From positions 1-64,000 of IMG/VR virus record IMGVR_UViG_3300024999_000055: DNA of 64,000 nt; one strand, 5' to 3'. The notes below the pieces were generated by a model that had not been told where the DNA came from, did no database searches, and was given only the letters and a program-made list of their open reading frames with translations. The stretch comes from a virus. The position numbers and the translations under genes were made by a program. How positions within the stretch are numbered: the first letter of the stretch is position 1; the number at the start of each line of letters is the position of its first letter. This document shows positions 10,388 to 19,926 of the stretch, one piece after another.

Positions 10388-10998
10388 ATTAGATTAATTA
10401 AATATGATTCTTTAATCATTATTCTACCATCATATAATATTACATCATCATTTGTATTATTAGATATGGTTGATGTAATATTATTTAATGTAATAGTATT
10501 ATTTTTTAGATCCACTTCATTAATAGTTACATTATAATATTTAGCACCATCTTGAAAAGGTAAATACACAATGCCATTTATTTTAATTGCGGTATCAATA
10601 TCATTATAATTTCTTAGTATTTCCATATTACTTTTATTACTATCATTATTGTTATTTTGTATGGTTTGTGAATGAGGAATTGCTTGACTATTATTATTAA
10701 AAGTATTATCACTACTACTATTAATAACAGCATCACTATTTTCATTAACATTATCAATAATAACAGTATTATTTCTAGCATCCCAAATAACTTTTAAATT
10801 TAATGCCTCACATAATTTTCTTACAGGTAAATAAGTAGAATTATTAACATTTATGACTTCAGCATTTTGCAATGTTTTACCGTTTAATATGATTTTAATA
10901 GGATTACTTGCAAAAGATAATGTAGAAAATGACAAACTAACTCCTAATGCAGTACCTATTAATAAATATTTCATTTTTTGAAAATTTAATTTAAACAT
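10384..10998 (-). CDS. Secreted protein with copper amine oxidase N-terminal (stalk) domain
   Basis: Signal peptide 'KYLLIGTALGVSLSFSTLSFA'; 'TYLPVRKLCEALNLKVIWD'. Confidence 0.8.
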   Translation of the reverse strand: MFKLNFQKMKYLLIGTALGVSLSFSTLSFASNPIKIILNGKTLQNAEVINVNNSTYLPVRKLCEALNLKVIWDARNNTVIIDNVNENSDAVINSSSDNTFNNNSQAIPHSQTIQNNNNDSNKSNMEILRNYNDIDTAIKINGIVYLPFQDGAKYYNVTINEVDLKNNTITLNNITSTISNNTNDDVILYDGRIMIKESYLINLI

Positions 10999-11055
10999 AT
11001 TTAATTTACATCCTTTCTAATATTAATTTTATAAAATTTTAAGGAGGTTCCCAAA

Positions 11056-11292
11056 ATGAAACAAACAAATAAATTAGATAATGGTTCTGAAATTTATAAC
11101 GATAATGGTGTATTTAAAATAAAAAAAATAGTAGTTCAAGAACAAGAAATAAATGAAAAAATGGTTAATCAAAAATTAATTGATTTAAATAATAAAAATA
11201 AGGACTTACAGAATGAAATTAATAAAAATAATGAACAAATAGTAAATTATAAAAATATATTAAATAAAATAAAAAATATAAGTATTATATAA
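11056..11292 (+). CDS. Hypothetical coiled-coil protein
   Basis: SD AAGGAGGT, 78 aa. Confidence 0.7.
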   Translation: MKQTNKLDNGSEIYNDNGVFKIKKIVVQEQEINEKMVNQKLIDLNNKNKDLQNEINKNNEQIVNYKNILNKIKNISII

Positions 11293-11529
11293 TCTTAAAC
11301 ATGGTATCACTCTCCTTTTTAAATTTAAATTTTGTTTTATACTATTCTACCATAATATATGAAGCAATGCAAGTGTGTATAGTATCATATTATTAAAATA
11401 ATTTTGATTTTTATATTTGATTGTTTATTGTTTATTTAATAGAATACTAAAATAAATGTATTGACTTTTAATCTCCTTTATAGTATTATATTATTGAAAA
11501 TAAAAAATATATTAAAGGAGGGTATTACT

Positions 11530-12447
11530 ATGAAAGATATGGAAGAAGAAAAGATTTTAAAAGCAACACATTTTGGTAAAATAACTATCGGAGAGAAAGA
11601 ATTAACTTGTGCAGTTTTGGAAGATGGCACTAGAATTTTATCTAGTACAGCAATGTTTAAGGCATTTGGTAGGTCAAGAGGTATTTTAAATAATGAGTTT
11701 GTATCCGGCGAGAATTTGCCTATTTTTATGACTGCGAACAACCTCAAACCCTACATAGACAAGGCTTTAGATGCAGGAGAGAATTTTTCTATAAAATATA
11801 TTGCAAAAGATAAAAGAATTTTAGATGGTTATAAAGCAACTATATTGCCAACTATTTGCGATATATTTTTACAAGCTAGACAAGATAAGAATTTAACACA
11901 AAGTCAAGAATCATTAGCTTTAGTAAGTGAAATTCTCATTCGTTCTTTATCTAAAATTGGAATTATTTCCCTTATTGATGAGGCAACTGGATATCAAGAG
12001 GAAAGAGAACGTGATGAATTACAAAAATTATTATCTTTATATGTAAGAGAAGAATTTTTACCATGGACTAGAAGATTTCCATTAGATTTTTATAAGGAAA
12101 TGTTCAGACTTAAAGGATGGGAATATAAAGGCAATGCTAAATCACCATTAGTTGGTCAATATACTAATAAATTTGTTTACGATGTATTACCAGAAATGGT
12201 ATTAGATGAATTAAGGAATAAAAATCCTTTGGTTAAAAATAAATCTAATGAGAACAAGTTTTATAGAAAATATAAATTCCATCAATTTTTAACTGAAAAT
12301 ATAGGTATTTCTCATTTAGATAAACATTTAGCTTCAGTTATTACTATTATGAAATTAAGTGATAATTGGGAACATTTTGAATCTTTGTTTAATAGACGAT
12401 ATGGTGAAATTAAAAATGAGGAGAATATAAATATAATAGATGTTTAA
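11530..12447 (+). CDS. P63C domain protein
   Basis: 'CAVLEDGTRIL', 'IISLIDEATGYQEER', 'PWTRRFPLDFYKEMFRL', 'KFHQFLT'; ATG 11530 follows SD AAGGAGGG (ORF-track TTG 11461 is a -35 box). Confidence 0.85.
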   Translation: MKDMEEEKILKATHFGKITIGEKELTCAVLEDGTRILSSTAMFKAFGRSRGILNNEFVSGENLPIFMTANNLKPYIDKALDAGENFSIKYIAKDKRILDGYKATILPTICDIFLQARQDKNLTQSQESLALVSEILIRSLSKIGIISLIDEATGYQEERERDELQKLLSLYVREEFLPWTRRFPLDFYKEMFRLKGWEYKGNAKSPLVGQYTNKFVYDVLPEMVLDELRNKNPLVKNKSNENKFYRKYKFHQFLTENIGISHLDKHLASVITIMKLSDNWEHFESLFNRRYGEIKNEENINIIDV

Positions 12448-12640
12448 GATAGGTAAATTTTAAGGTAGTTTAAATAAAACTACCTTAATTATTTTAATTT
12501 TATAAAATATAAAAATAAATTTATTGCAAATTTCCTTGACATACTCCCTTCTATATTGTATTATATTATTAACAAACATTCACCTACCGATACATATTTA
12601 ATTGTAGTATAATATTAGGTGAAGGATGGTGTGATTAGAG

Positions 12641-12862
12641 ATGCAAATTAAGATAACTAATAAAATTGAAGAAAAAATAAATGAGTACCAAAGGAAATAT
12701 GGTTCAAGTCGCAAATGGTTTGCTGATAAAATGGGTATGAGTTCATCAAGGATGTATCAACTTTTAAAAGCAGATAATATGAATATTGACGTGTTGGCAA
12801 AATTTGCCATTGTATTAGAATGTAAGCTTGATGATTTAATAGAATATATAGAAATAAAGTAA
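12641..12862 (+). CDS. Cro/XRE-family HTH regulator
   Basis: 'WFADKMGMS..IDVLAKFAIVLECKLDDLIEY'. Confidence 0.85.
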   Translation: MQIKITNKIEEKINEYQRKYGSSRKWFADKMGMSSSRMYQLLKADNMNIDVLAKFAIVLECKLDDLIEYIEIK

Positions 12863-12918
12863 TTAGATTAATATCTATACAATCTTTATATTTTTATAAA
12901 TTTTTATTTAGAAAACTA

Positions 12919-12947
12919 TTGACGTTTTAATTATAAACCTCTATAAT
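12919..12947 (+). promoter_or_regulatory. sigma-A promoter
   Basis: TTGACG-17-TATAAT; shares CCTCTATAAT with the 5674 promoter. Confidence 0.75.
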
Positions 12948-12995
12948 ATGATTCATAAGGTTGATTTTGATTACACGCCCTTATAATTATATTAA

Positions 12996-13508
12996 ATGGA
13001 GGTTTTTATTATTATGAAGAATAACTGTAATCTATTAGACCAATTCGTAGACAGAAAATGTGAGGTTAGTTTTCATTCTTTGTTAGACAATACACTATCT
13101 GCAACTTATGTTTATAACTCATTCTCCTACCAATTAACAGATGAATATATTCAACTTCATGATCAATCAGAGGATGATTGTGTAGTAACATCTATTGAGA
13201 TTAATAAAATTAATTCAATATCTAATTTGAATAATGATTTTTATTTTGATGTGGTTTCTATTAAAACTAATGACTACATAGTGGGCGTTTGTACGTTAGA
13301 AAGAAAATTTATTTATCCTAGATGTTTTAAGTGTGGTAAACAAATACTTGTGCCAGAAGAAACTATTTGGAGGATTTTCAGTGGTAGTATAAATTATGGC
13401 AGTTTTTATGATGATAGTGAAAATAGTGGTGAAATTGTTAATAGTTTAGATTTTTGTGACAGTTGTATAGCAGGGTTTGTTGGAGAAGTTGGTGAGCAGG
13501 ATGAATGA
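12996..13508 (+). CDS. Hypothetical protein with C-terminal Zn-binding motif (moron 2)
   Basis: CxxC..CxxC ('CFKC','CDSC'); true start probably ATG 13014 after GGAGGT. Confidence 0.7.
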   Translation: MEVFIIMKNNCNLLDQFVDRKCEVSFHSLLDNTLSATYVYNSFSYQLTDEYIQLHDQSEDDCVVTSIEINKINSISNLNNDFYFDVVSIKTNDYIVGVCTLERKFIYPRCFKCGKQILVPEETIWRIFSGSINYGSFYDDSENSGEIVNSLDFCDSCIAGFVGEVGEQDE

Positions 13509-13620
13509 TTTAGTATTATATAAGAGTGAAAATTTTCAGGGTACTGTATGTGATTTATATAGAAATATTAATAATGATATTTTTATGACTAGAGAGCAAA
13601 TAGGTAGAGCATTAGAATAA
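13501..13620 (+). pseudogene. N-terminal remnant of a BRO-N antirepressor
   Basis: Manual translation MNDLVLYKSENFQGTVCDLYRNINNDIFMTREQIGRALE*. Confidence 0.75.
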
Positions 13621-13720
13621 ATCTTTTATAATTAAACTAATAATTAAATAAATTTTATTATTAAAGAATCTACTTAATTGTGGGTTCTTTTTTATTTTTA
13701 ATTTTGAATAAATATATATT

Positions 13721-14392
13721 TTGGAGGTAATAATGAATTTATATAAAGATATAAATGGATATGAATATTACATTGATAATAATCATAATATTTTTATGAC
13801 TTCACGACAAATAGGAATAATTTTAGACTATTCTAGTTTGGAAAGATCCGTAAATAAAATAGCAGAAAGAAATAAATCAATATTAGAAAAATTTCGTAAA
13901 AAAGAAAGAATAAAAACAAATGGTGGTGAACAAAATTGTTTTGTTTATAATAGAGATGGGATAATTGAAATATGCAAATTATCTAGTTCTAGTGTAGATA
14001 ATAAAATAATTTTACTTAATATATTAAATGTTTCTGATGAACAATTATCTTTTATTATAAATAGAAATAATCATCTTTATAAAGAAAATGAATTAAAGGC
14101 AATATTAAATAAGGTTTTTCAAAATATTTGTTTAATAACTAATCAAGTTATATGTGGTAAATATAGAATTGATTTTATTCTTGATTCTAATATTATAGTA
14201 GAATGTAATGAAAATAATCATGAAGGATATGATAAAAAATATGAACAAGAAAGAAAATTATTTTTATTAAATAAAGGATATACTATTTTAGAATACAACC
14301 CAGATAAAGATGATGTATTTAATTTAATTAATAATATATTTATTTTATTAAATGAAAAGAAATATAAAAATAATTATTACATAATTAATTAA
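13721..14392 (+). CDS. BRO-N-like plus DUF559/Vsr-like endonuclease fusion
   Basis: 'IFMTSRQIGIILDY..TNGGEQ' and 'KYRIDFIL..IIVECNENNH..ERKLFL..GYTIL'. Confidence 0.75.
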   Translation: MEVIMNLYKDINGYEYYIDNNHNIFMTSRQIGIILDYSSLERSVNKIAERNKSILEKFRKKERIKTNGGEQNCFVYNRDGIIEICKLSSSSVDNKIILLNILNVSDEQLSFIINRNNHLYKENELKAILNKVFQNICLITNQVICGKYRIDFILDSNIIVECNENNHEGYDKKYEQERKLFLLNKGYTILEYNPDKDDVFNLINNIFILLNEKKYKNNYYIIN

Positions 14393-14407
14393 TAAAGTTA
14401 TTTAAAA

Positions 14408-14518
14408 GGGGAAATTGTAGATATTCCGGTTACACTTGTGACACCAAAGGGTATTCAGTATATTCTAAAGCGTTGGAATAAAAAGAATACTAATCTACTT
14501 GAGAATAAAGTTAATTAA
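14408..14518 (+). pseudogene. C-terminal remnant of a KilA-C antirepressor
   Basis: Manual translation GEIVDIPVTLVTPKGIQYILKRWNKKNTNLLENKVN*; followed by terminator 14541-14566. Confidence 0.7.
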
Positions 14519-14614
14519 TTTAATTAAGAATTGTTTATAAAAAGACCTCATCAAAGAGGTCTTTTATTTTTATTTTTAATAAATTTAAACAAGAAATGAG
14601 GTGTATATTCTATC

Positions 14615-14740
14615 ATGCTTAAAATTTTATGTAACGTAACCTTAAGTAAAGAAAATAAAAAAGAAATCCAGCAAATGATTAATGCTGGATTAACGGTAAA
14701 ACAAATTGTTGATGAATTAGGTGTTGATATATTATTCTAA
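14615..14740 (+). CDS. Small hypothetical protein (41 aa, HTH-like)
   Basis: SD GAGGTG; MLKILCNVTLSKENKKEIQQMINAGLTVKQIVDELGVDILF*. Confidence 0.5.
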   Translation: MLKILCNVTLSKENKKEIQQMINAGLTVKQIVDELGVDILF

Positions 14741-14745
14741 TCCAT

Positions 14746-14958
14746 TTACCTTATTTTAAAATTTTTCTTAATTTCTTTTATTGCTTCTTCTTTTGCTTTA
14801 TCAATTAAATAAGAAGTTTCAACATTATTAGTTGTTCCACATTTTTGACAAGTTAAATTAAGACTTTTATGGTTTAATAAATCTTGTTGTGTATAATTAT
14901 GATTGATAATTTCATTGCAATTTTTACATTGAAATTTCATATTAACTTTAATATCCAT
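14746..14958 (-). CDS. Small Zn-ribbon protein
   Basis: CKNC..CQKC; SD GGGAGTG. Confidence 0.7.
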   Translation of the reverse strand: MDIKVNMKFQCKNCNEIINHNYTQQDLLNHKSLNLTCQKCGTTNNVETSYLIDKAKEEAIKEIKKNFKIR

Positions 14959-15123
14959 AGTTAATTATCACTCCCTTTCCTTTTTAGGAATATTTTATCA
15001 TGGTTATATGTGATTTACAATAGTTTATTGAAATTTTACATTATTTTAAATTCAAATTTAATTAAATTTGTTAATATAAATAATTAATAATATAGAAATA
15101 TATAAAGAAAGGAGGTTTTTAAC

Positions 15124-15195
15124 ATTAAAATTATAAATATTAAAAAAATTAATAATATAAATACTTTATGTGGTGGTGGAGCAGGAGGTAAATAA
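15124..15195 (+). CDS. Putative 23-aa peptide ending CGGGAGGK
   Basis: SD AAAGGAGGT, ATT start, (M)KIINIKKINNINTLCGGGAGGK*. Confidence 0.4.
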   Translation: MKIINIKKINNINTLCGGGAGGK

Positions 15196-15233
15196 TACTA
15201 ACAATTAACTAAATTAAAAAGCAGGTGATTTAA

Positions 15234-17522
15234 ATAGCGAATATAACCTCTCCTTCACTACCAAATTTACCTTACTATATTGGTAAAGGAATACTATTTA
15301 GTGATGATACTTATCAAATGATTTTTGGTTATCCTTTACCTAATTATCTCCATAGTTTAATAGCGGGGAAACCCGGCCCTTGGAATATTGTAAACCCTAC
15401 TACTCTATTTGATTTATCTACTGTAGGTGGTATAGATCATGAAGTAGTAGTAATAGTATATGAAGATACTGTTAGTGAAGGAACTACAATTACATATAAT
15501 TGGTACAGAGATAGAGATAATTTTAATGTTTTCAGTTGGTCTGATTATGCAAATTCTGAATATAATTCTATTGCTGCTTGGATAGGTTGGCTTAGTCAAG
15601 AAACAAATCAAACACTAGGACAAAATATAGAATCTGAAATAACTGAAAATGGCAATTATCATGTAGTTGTAACAGGTACAGGTTCAACTACTTTTAGTAA
15701 TACTATTAATTTTGCTGTAATAGGTATACCTGCATGGTTAATGTTAAGGAATCCTACTGGGTATGGTTTTGATTGGAAAGTAAGTTTATCTGATTATTTT
15801 GATACAGACAATTATATTCAAGCAGGTATTTGTAACCAACCTTTTACAGATGGTCAAAGCAATGAACCTAATGGAATAGTTGATGCTAAATATGCAAATA
15901 CACCAGGAAATATAGATACTGTTACTACTGGCACAGTTATAGGTCAAAGTGAAGGTACTACTTATACTCTTTATGGATTTGCACAAGCAAGTAATGGATT
16001 ATATTATCATGCTGGGTCAGATACTATCACAACATTAATTGTTACTGAACCAGATGTTCCTTCATCACCACCAACAATTGTAACAAGAATAGAAGGTGGA
16101 TTTGAATTAATTTGGGGAGATGCTGCGAGAGCAGTAAGTTATATGTTAAGATATTATCCAGTTGGTTATTTTGAAAATAGAAAATTTTTAGGAACTAATA
16201 CTAATACTGGTATAGTATCTTCATTGGAATATGGTAGCGAATACAGTTTTTCAGTATATGCTTATAATGCTATTGGGAATTCAGATTATACTTCTGAAAA
16301 TATAGGAACAACAGCACCTAAATCCCCAGGGAATATAACATGCCCTTTAGTGAGTGCTAATGATGCTGATATTAGAGTTGCAGATGGAATGTCTGGAAAC
16401 TTTGATTATATTAGAGTATATAAATATGATAATTCAAATAATTTATTAGGTTATTTAGATTTATCTGAATCAAATTATAATAGTGGTCAAAGAGTTATAA
16501 CATTCTCAGGATTAACAATAAATACAATATATAAATTTAATGCTGTAACTCATTATACTGCAAATAGTACATTATTAGAAAGTGTAAATTGGTCTAATGA
16601 TTTATACGTAACAACACAAATACCATATATCCCATCTTCTGCTCCTATAATTGTTTCAAGAGGCGAAGGGAGTTTAAATCTATCCTGGGGAAGTTCTGTA
16701 GGAGCTAGTTCTTATACATTAAGATATAAAAATTATGATGGTGTATATCATACTATTTCTGGTATTACAAATACAACATATACATTAAATAATTTAGAAT
16801 ATGGTGTAACATATGATTTATCTGTTAAAGGTATTAATAGTTTAGGAGAATCAGATTATACTATAGAAAATCCTGGAACAACTGCTCCTAAATCGCCAGG
16901 AAATATTAGTACATCTGGAGTAACTGTTGATAGTATCAGTATCCAATTATCTAATGGAATGATTGGTAATTGGGAATATATTAGAGTGTATGCTTATCAA
17001 AATGGTATTACTCCAGAATACATAGATATAAATAAAGCAGACTATGATAATGGTACAAGAATTGTAACATGGACAGGATTAACTACTGATTTAGAATATA
17101 AATTTAATGCAAAAACTTATTATACTGTAGATAGTACATTATTAGAAAGTGTAAATTGGAGTAATGACTTATATGTTACTGCATCAGATAGACCAAGTAA
17201 TTTTAGTTGGACTACTCCTAAAATTGCAGGAGATCCTACGACTAATTTACTTGCTGTAGAATGGAATGATTTATGTACAAAAGTTAATGAGTTTAGATTA
17301 TATAAAGGGTTGTCCAATGTTAGTTTTACTTCTGCTATTAGTGGAGGTTTTTTTTATGCCTATATGTTTAATGAGGTTAGGAATAATATTGTTGATATGA
17401 ATATGGTTGACTTACCATCAACAAAACTAGGGATATCAGATGTTGTCGATCCTAATGATGCTGATTATATTTTGGCTTCAGATTTAAATGGTTTGAAAGA
17501 TTGTCTAAATGCAATAGTATGA
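15234..17522 (+). CDS. Fibronectin type III repeat tail/baseplate protein
   Basis: FN3 motifs ('LEYGSEYSFSVYAYNAIG','LEYGVTYDLSVKGINSLG'); frame extends to ATA 15234 behind GCAGGTGA. Confidence 0.8.
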   Translation: MANITSPSLPNLPYYIGKGILFSDDTYQMIFGYPLPNYLHSLIAGKPGPWNIVNPTTLFDLSTVGGIDHEVVVIVYEDTVSEGTTITYNWYRDRDNFNVFSWSDYANSEYNSIAAWIGWLSQETNQTLGQNIESEITENGNYHVVVTGTGSTTFSNTINFAVIGIPAWLMLRNPTGYGFDWKVSLSDYFDTDNYIQAGICNQPFTDGQSNEPNGIVDAKYANTPGNIDTVTTGTVIGQSEGTTYTLYGFAQASNGLYYHAGSDTITTLIVTEPDVPSSPPTIVTRIEGGFELIWGDAARAVSYMLRYYPVGYFENRKFLGTNTNTGIVSSLEYGSEYSFSVYAYNAIGNSDYTSENIGTTAPKSPGNITCPLVSANDADIRVADGMSGNFDYIRVYKYDNSNNLLGYLDLSESNYNSGQRVITFSGLTINTIYKFNAVTHYTANSTLLESVNWSNDLYVTTQIPYIPSSAPIIVSRGEGSLNLSWGSSVGASSYTLRYKNYDGVYHTISGITNTTYTLNNLEYGVTYDLSVKGINSLGESDYTIENPGTTAPKSPGNISTSGVTVDSISIQLSNGMIGNWEYIRVYAYQNGITPEYIDINKADYDNGTRIVTWTGLTTDLEYKFNAKTYYTVDSTLLESVNWSNDLYVTASDRPSNFSWTTPKIAGDPTTNLLAVEWNDLCTKVNEFRLYKGLSNVSFTSAISGGFFYAYMFNEVRNNIVDMNMVDLPSTKLGISDVVDPNDADYILASDLNGLKDCLNAIV
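16059..17180 (+). repeat. Tandem duplication of about 190 aa within the FN3 protein
   Basis: PSS.P.IV.R.EG..TAPKSPGNI..STLLESVNWSNDLYVT twice; identical 29-mer at 16564 and 17131. Confidence 0.9.
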
Positions 17523-17545
17523 AATAGAATAGAGGTGATATAACT

Positions 17546-19534
17546 TTGCCATCTTATGATGAGTACAACCAATTTTTTAGTATAATATGGTTTACAGATG
17601 ACTTAGGTGAAAAAATATCTATACAGAGATTGAATGAACAACAAAAAATTATTAACAATAAAATTATATTAAATAATATACCTGATTATTTTAATAAGGT
17701 TAATATAGAGGATAAATATGAAGTAGGTAATAATGATGAAATAACAGACAATACTTTTTTTAAAGTTGACTATTTAACAGGAGAAGTATATTTCCATCCT
17801 TCCTTAGATAATACTACAATTACGATTAAAGATTACTTCGGACGTGGCATTATTAAATTTATGGGGAAAAGAATTGAATTACAAAATGAAGAAAATCTTT
17901 ACAATGCAACAAACATTGAAGATTTTGCAACTGATGTAACTAAAAGAGTTAATAATATAGTTGCCAATACTGGGGATGATAATACAGAAATAGTTGATGC
18001 AAGATATTCAACTATGAAAGATAAATTGTTTAGTGTATTGAGTGGAAGATTAGAAGAAATAGAAAATGATTATCTTAATAATTTTGAACAACGTGCTGTA
18101 AATGTTAAAATGCCACCATTCAATGCAAAATCTAATGATATTGATGATGATTATGAAGTAATTCAATCTGCTCTGGACTATTGCTACACAAATAATTTGC
18201 CAATTTATTTCCCCGGAGGTATATATAAAGTAACTCAAAAACTATTATTTAGACTAGGACAAATAGTATTTGGTGCAGGATATAATAGTGCAATTATTAA
18301 ACAATATGGTAATTTTGCTGTAGCAGGAACGGCAGATCCTAATAAAAATACAGGTGCATCAATGATAACTCCATTTTGTGGACATATAGTTATTCATGAT
18401 ATCCAATTTTTACAAACAACAACTAATAATGGTTTAGATATTGAATGTTCTCTACGGAATAAATTAAAAAAAGTAAAAATTGTTGGTAATTTTATTAGAG
18501 GTTCAGGGAGTACATCTGCAACTAACGGATTAAATATTCATGGTCGTGCAGACGCTAATTATGGTTCTCATTATACTGCTGTAGAAACTTGTTTTATACA
18601 AAATTTTGTATATGGTATACGTGTTAGAGAAAAATCAAATGATATTTTTATACAAGATACAGCAGTATCAAATTGCTATGATAGTGTACATATAGATTAT
18701 GATTCTCTAGAAAGTAGTAGACCTTCAAGAGTATTAGTTTTAAGTAATTCACTTGAACAATTTGATAATGCAGGTATTTGGTCAGATAGTTACGGCCCAA
18801 ATAATATATTTGCTTTTGGTCGTATGGATACCGATTCTGCACCTTATGGTATTTATCTTGGTGCTAATAGTAGAGAACAAGTATGTATATATAATTATTA
18901 TGCAGGTTGTACTGATAAAATTTACGATCTTGGTAGTAATTATATTCAAGAACGTGTTGAAATTAATGAGATTAAAACTATTATACCAAAAGCTATTGCT
19001 AATACTATAGGAGAATTAGAACATTTATGGTTTAATGGTTTTTTTAAAAAAATATTTCTTGAAAGAACAGAAATTGCTCCTTCATTAAATGTAGACGATA
19101 TAGGAACTATATTTATTGCAAGAGGATTATCTTATTGGAATCCGGGACATGATAATGGAGTAGTAAAAGGTAGTGCATATCCAGTTATGTGGGATTCATC
19201 TAATCGTTGGAAACCATTAGCAAAACCCAAAATAGACGTTTGGGGGGATCAGTCTCCTGATACTGCTGGAAGTTTAAATACATATTTAGTCGGAGATAAT
19301 TGTATTAACCTAACTCCAGCAGAAGGAAAACCGATTGGATGGCTTTGTGTAACAGGTGGAACCCCTGGCGCATGGAAACCTTATGGACAAGTAGGGCATA
19401 GGGAGAATGCAGGAACTCCCGTAGGGACTATTACGCCATATTTTATAGGAGAAGAATTATTGGACGCGACTAATAAGATATGGTATAAATCTGTAGGATT
19501 AACCAATTCAGATTGGAAAGCATTAAATAGTTAA
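17546..19534 (+). CDS. Tail fibre/spike with pectate-lyase-like beta-helix (putative depolymerase, receptor-binding)
   Basis: 'TEIVDARYS', 'DDYEVIQSALD..IYFPGGIYKV', C-terminal 'GWLCVTGGTPGAWK'. Confidence 0.8.
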   Translation: MPSYDEYNQFFSIIWFTDDLGEKISIQRLNEQQKIINNKIILNNIPDYFNKVNIEDKYEVGNNDEITDNTFFKVDYLTGEVYFHPSLDNTTITIKDYFGRGIIKFMGKRIELQNEENLYNATNIEDFATDVTKRVNNIVANTGDDNTEIVDARYSTMKDKLFSVLSGRLEEIENDYLNNFEQRAVNVKMPPFNAKSNDIDDDYEVIQSALDYCYTNNLPIYFPGGIYKVTQKLLFRLGQIVFGAGYNSAIIKQYGNFAVAGTADPNKNTGASMITPFCGHIVIHDIQFLQTTTNNGLDIECSLRNKLKKVKIVGNFIRGSGSTSATNGLNIHGRADANYGSHYTAVETCFIQNFVYGIRVREKSNDIFIQDTAVSNCYDSVHIDYDSLESSRPSRVLVLSNSLEQFDNAGIWSDSYGPNNIFAFGRMDTDSAPYGIYLGANSREQVCIYNYYAGCTDKIYDLGSNYIQERVEINEIKTIIPKAIANTIGELEHLWFNGFFKKIFLERTEIAPSLNVDDIGTIFIARGLSYWNPGHDNGVVKGSAYPVMWDSSNRWKPLAKPKIDVWGDQSPDTAGSLNTYLVGDNCINLTPAEGKPIGWLCVTGGTPGAWKPYGQVGHRENAGTPVGTITPYFIGEELLDATNKIWYKSVGLTNSDWKALNS

Positions 19535-19558
19535 ATTAAAAAGGAAGTGAAATAGAAT

Positions 19559-19831
19559 ATGGCATTATCTAAGACAATAAATTTACTATCAGGTATACTT
19601 ATTGAAAATGCATATATAAGGATAGGAATGGTACAAGGAAACAAAGATGGTATAACTATTATTATAGATTTATATAAAAATCAACAATCATATATAGATG
19701 GTAAATTAGGAATAGATAGATATTATTATAATTATGTGCCTTTAGTAGAAGAAAATTCATATAATTTTATAAAACAAGGATATCTATATTTAAAAACATT
19801 ACCTGAATATATAAATGCGATAGATTGTTAA
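19559..19831 (+). CDS. Small tail-fibre-associated protein
   Basis: 'ENAYIRI..NFIKQGYLYLKTLPEYINAIDC', typical ORF after phage fibres. Confidence 0.6.
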   Translation: MALSKTINLLSGILIENAYIRIGMVQGNKDGITIIIDLYKNQQSYIDGKLGIDRYYYNYVPLVEENSYNFIKQGYLYLKTLPEYINAIDC

Positions 19832-19861
19832 AATTATTTTTTATAATTTATAATTTTTATA

Positions 19862-19890
19862 TTGTTAATTAATATTATATGTAGTATAAT
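19862..19890 (+). promoter_or_regulatory. sigma-A promoter of radical SAM moron
   Basis: TTGTTA-17-TATAAT. Confidence 0.6.
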
Positions 19891-19926
19891 TTATATAAAT
19901 TAATTAATAATAAGGAGTGTTTTATT

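Noticed and set aside
16059-17180. DGR template/variable repeat pair
   Set aside because: Both copies are in-frame domains of one gene, differences are not adenine-specific, and there is no reverse transcriptase in the window
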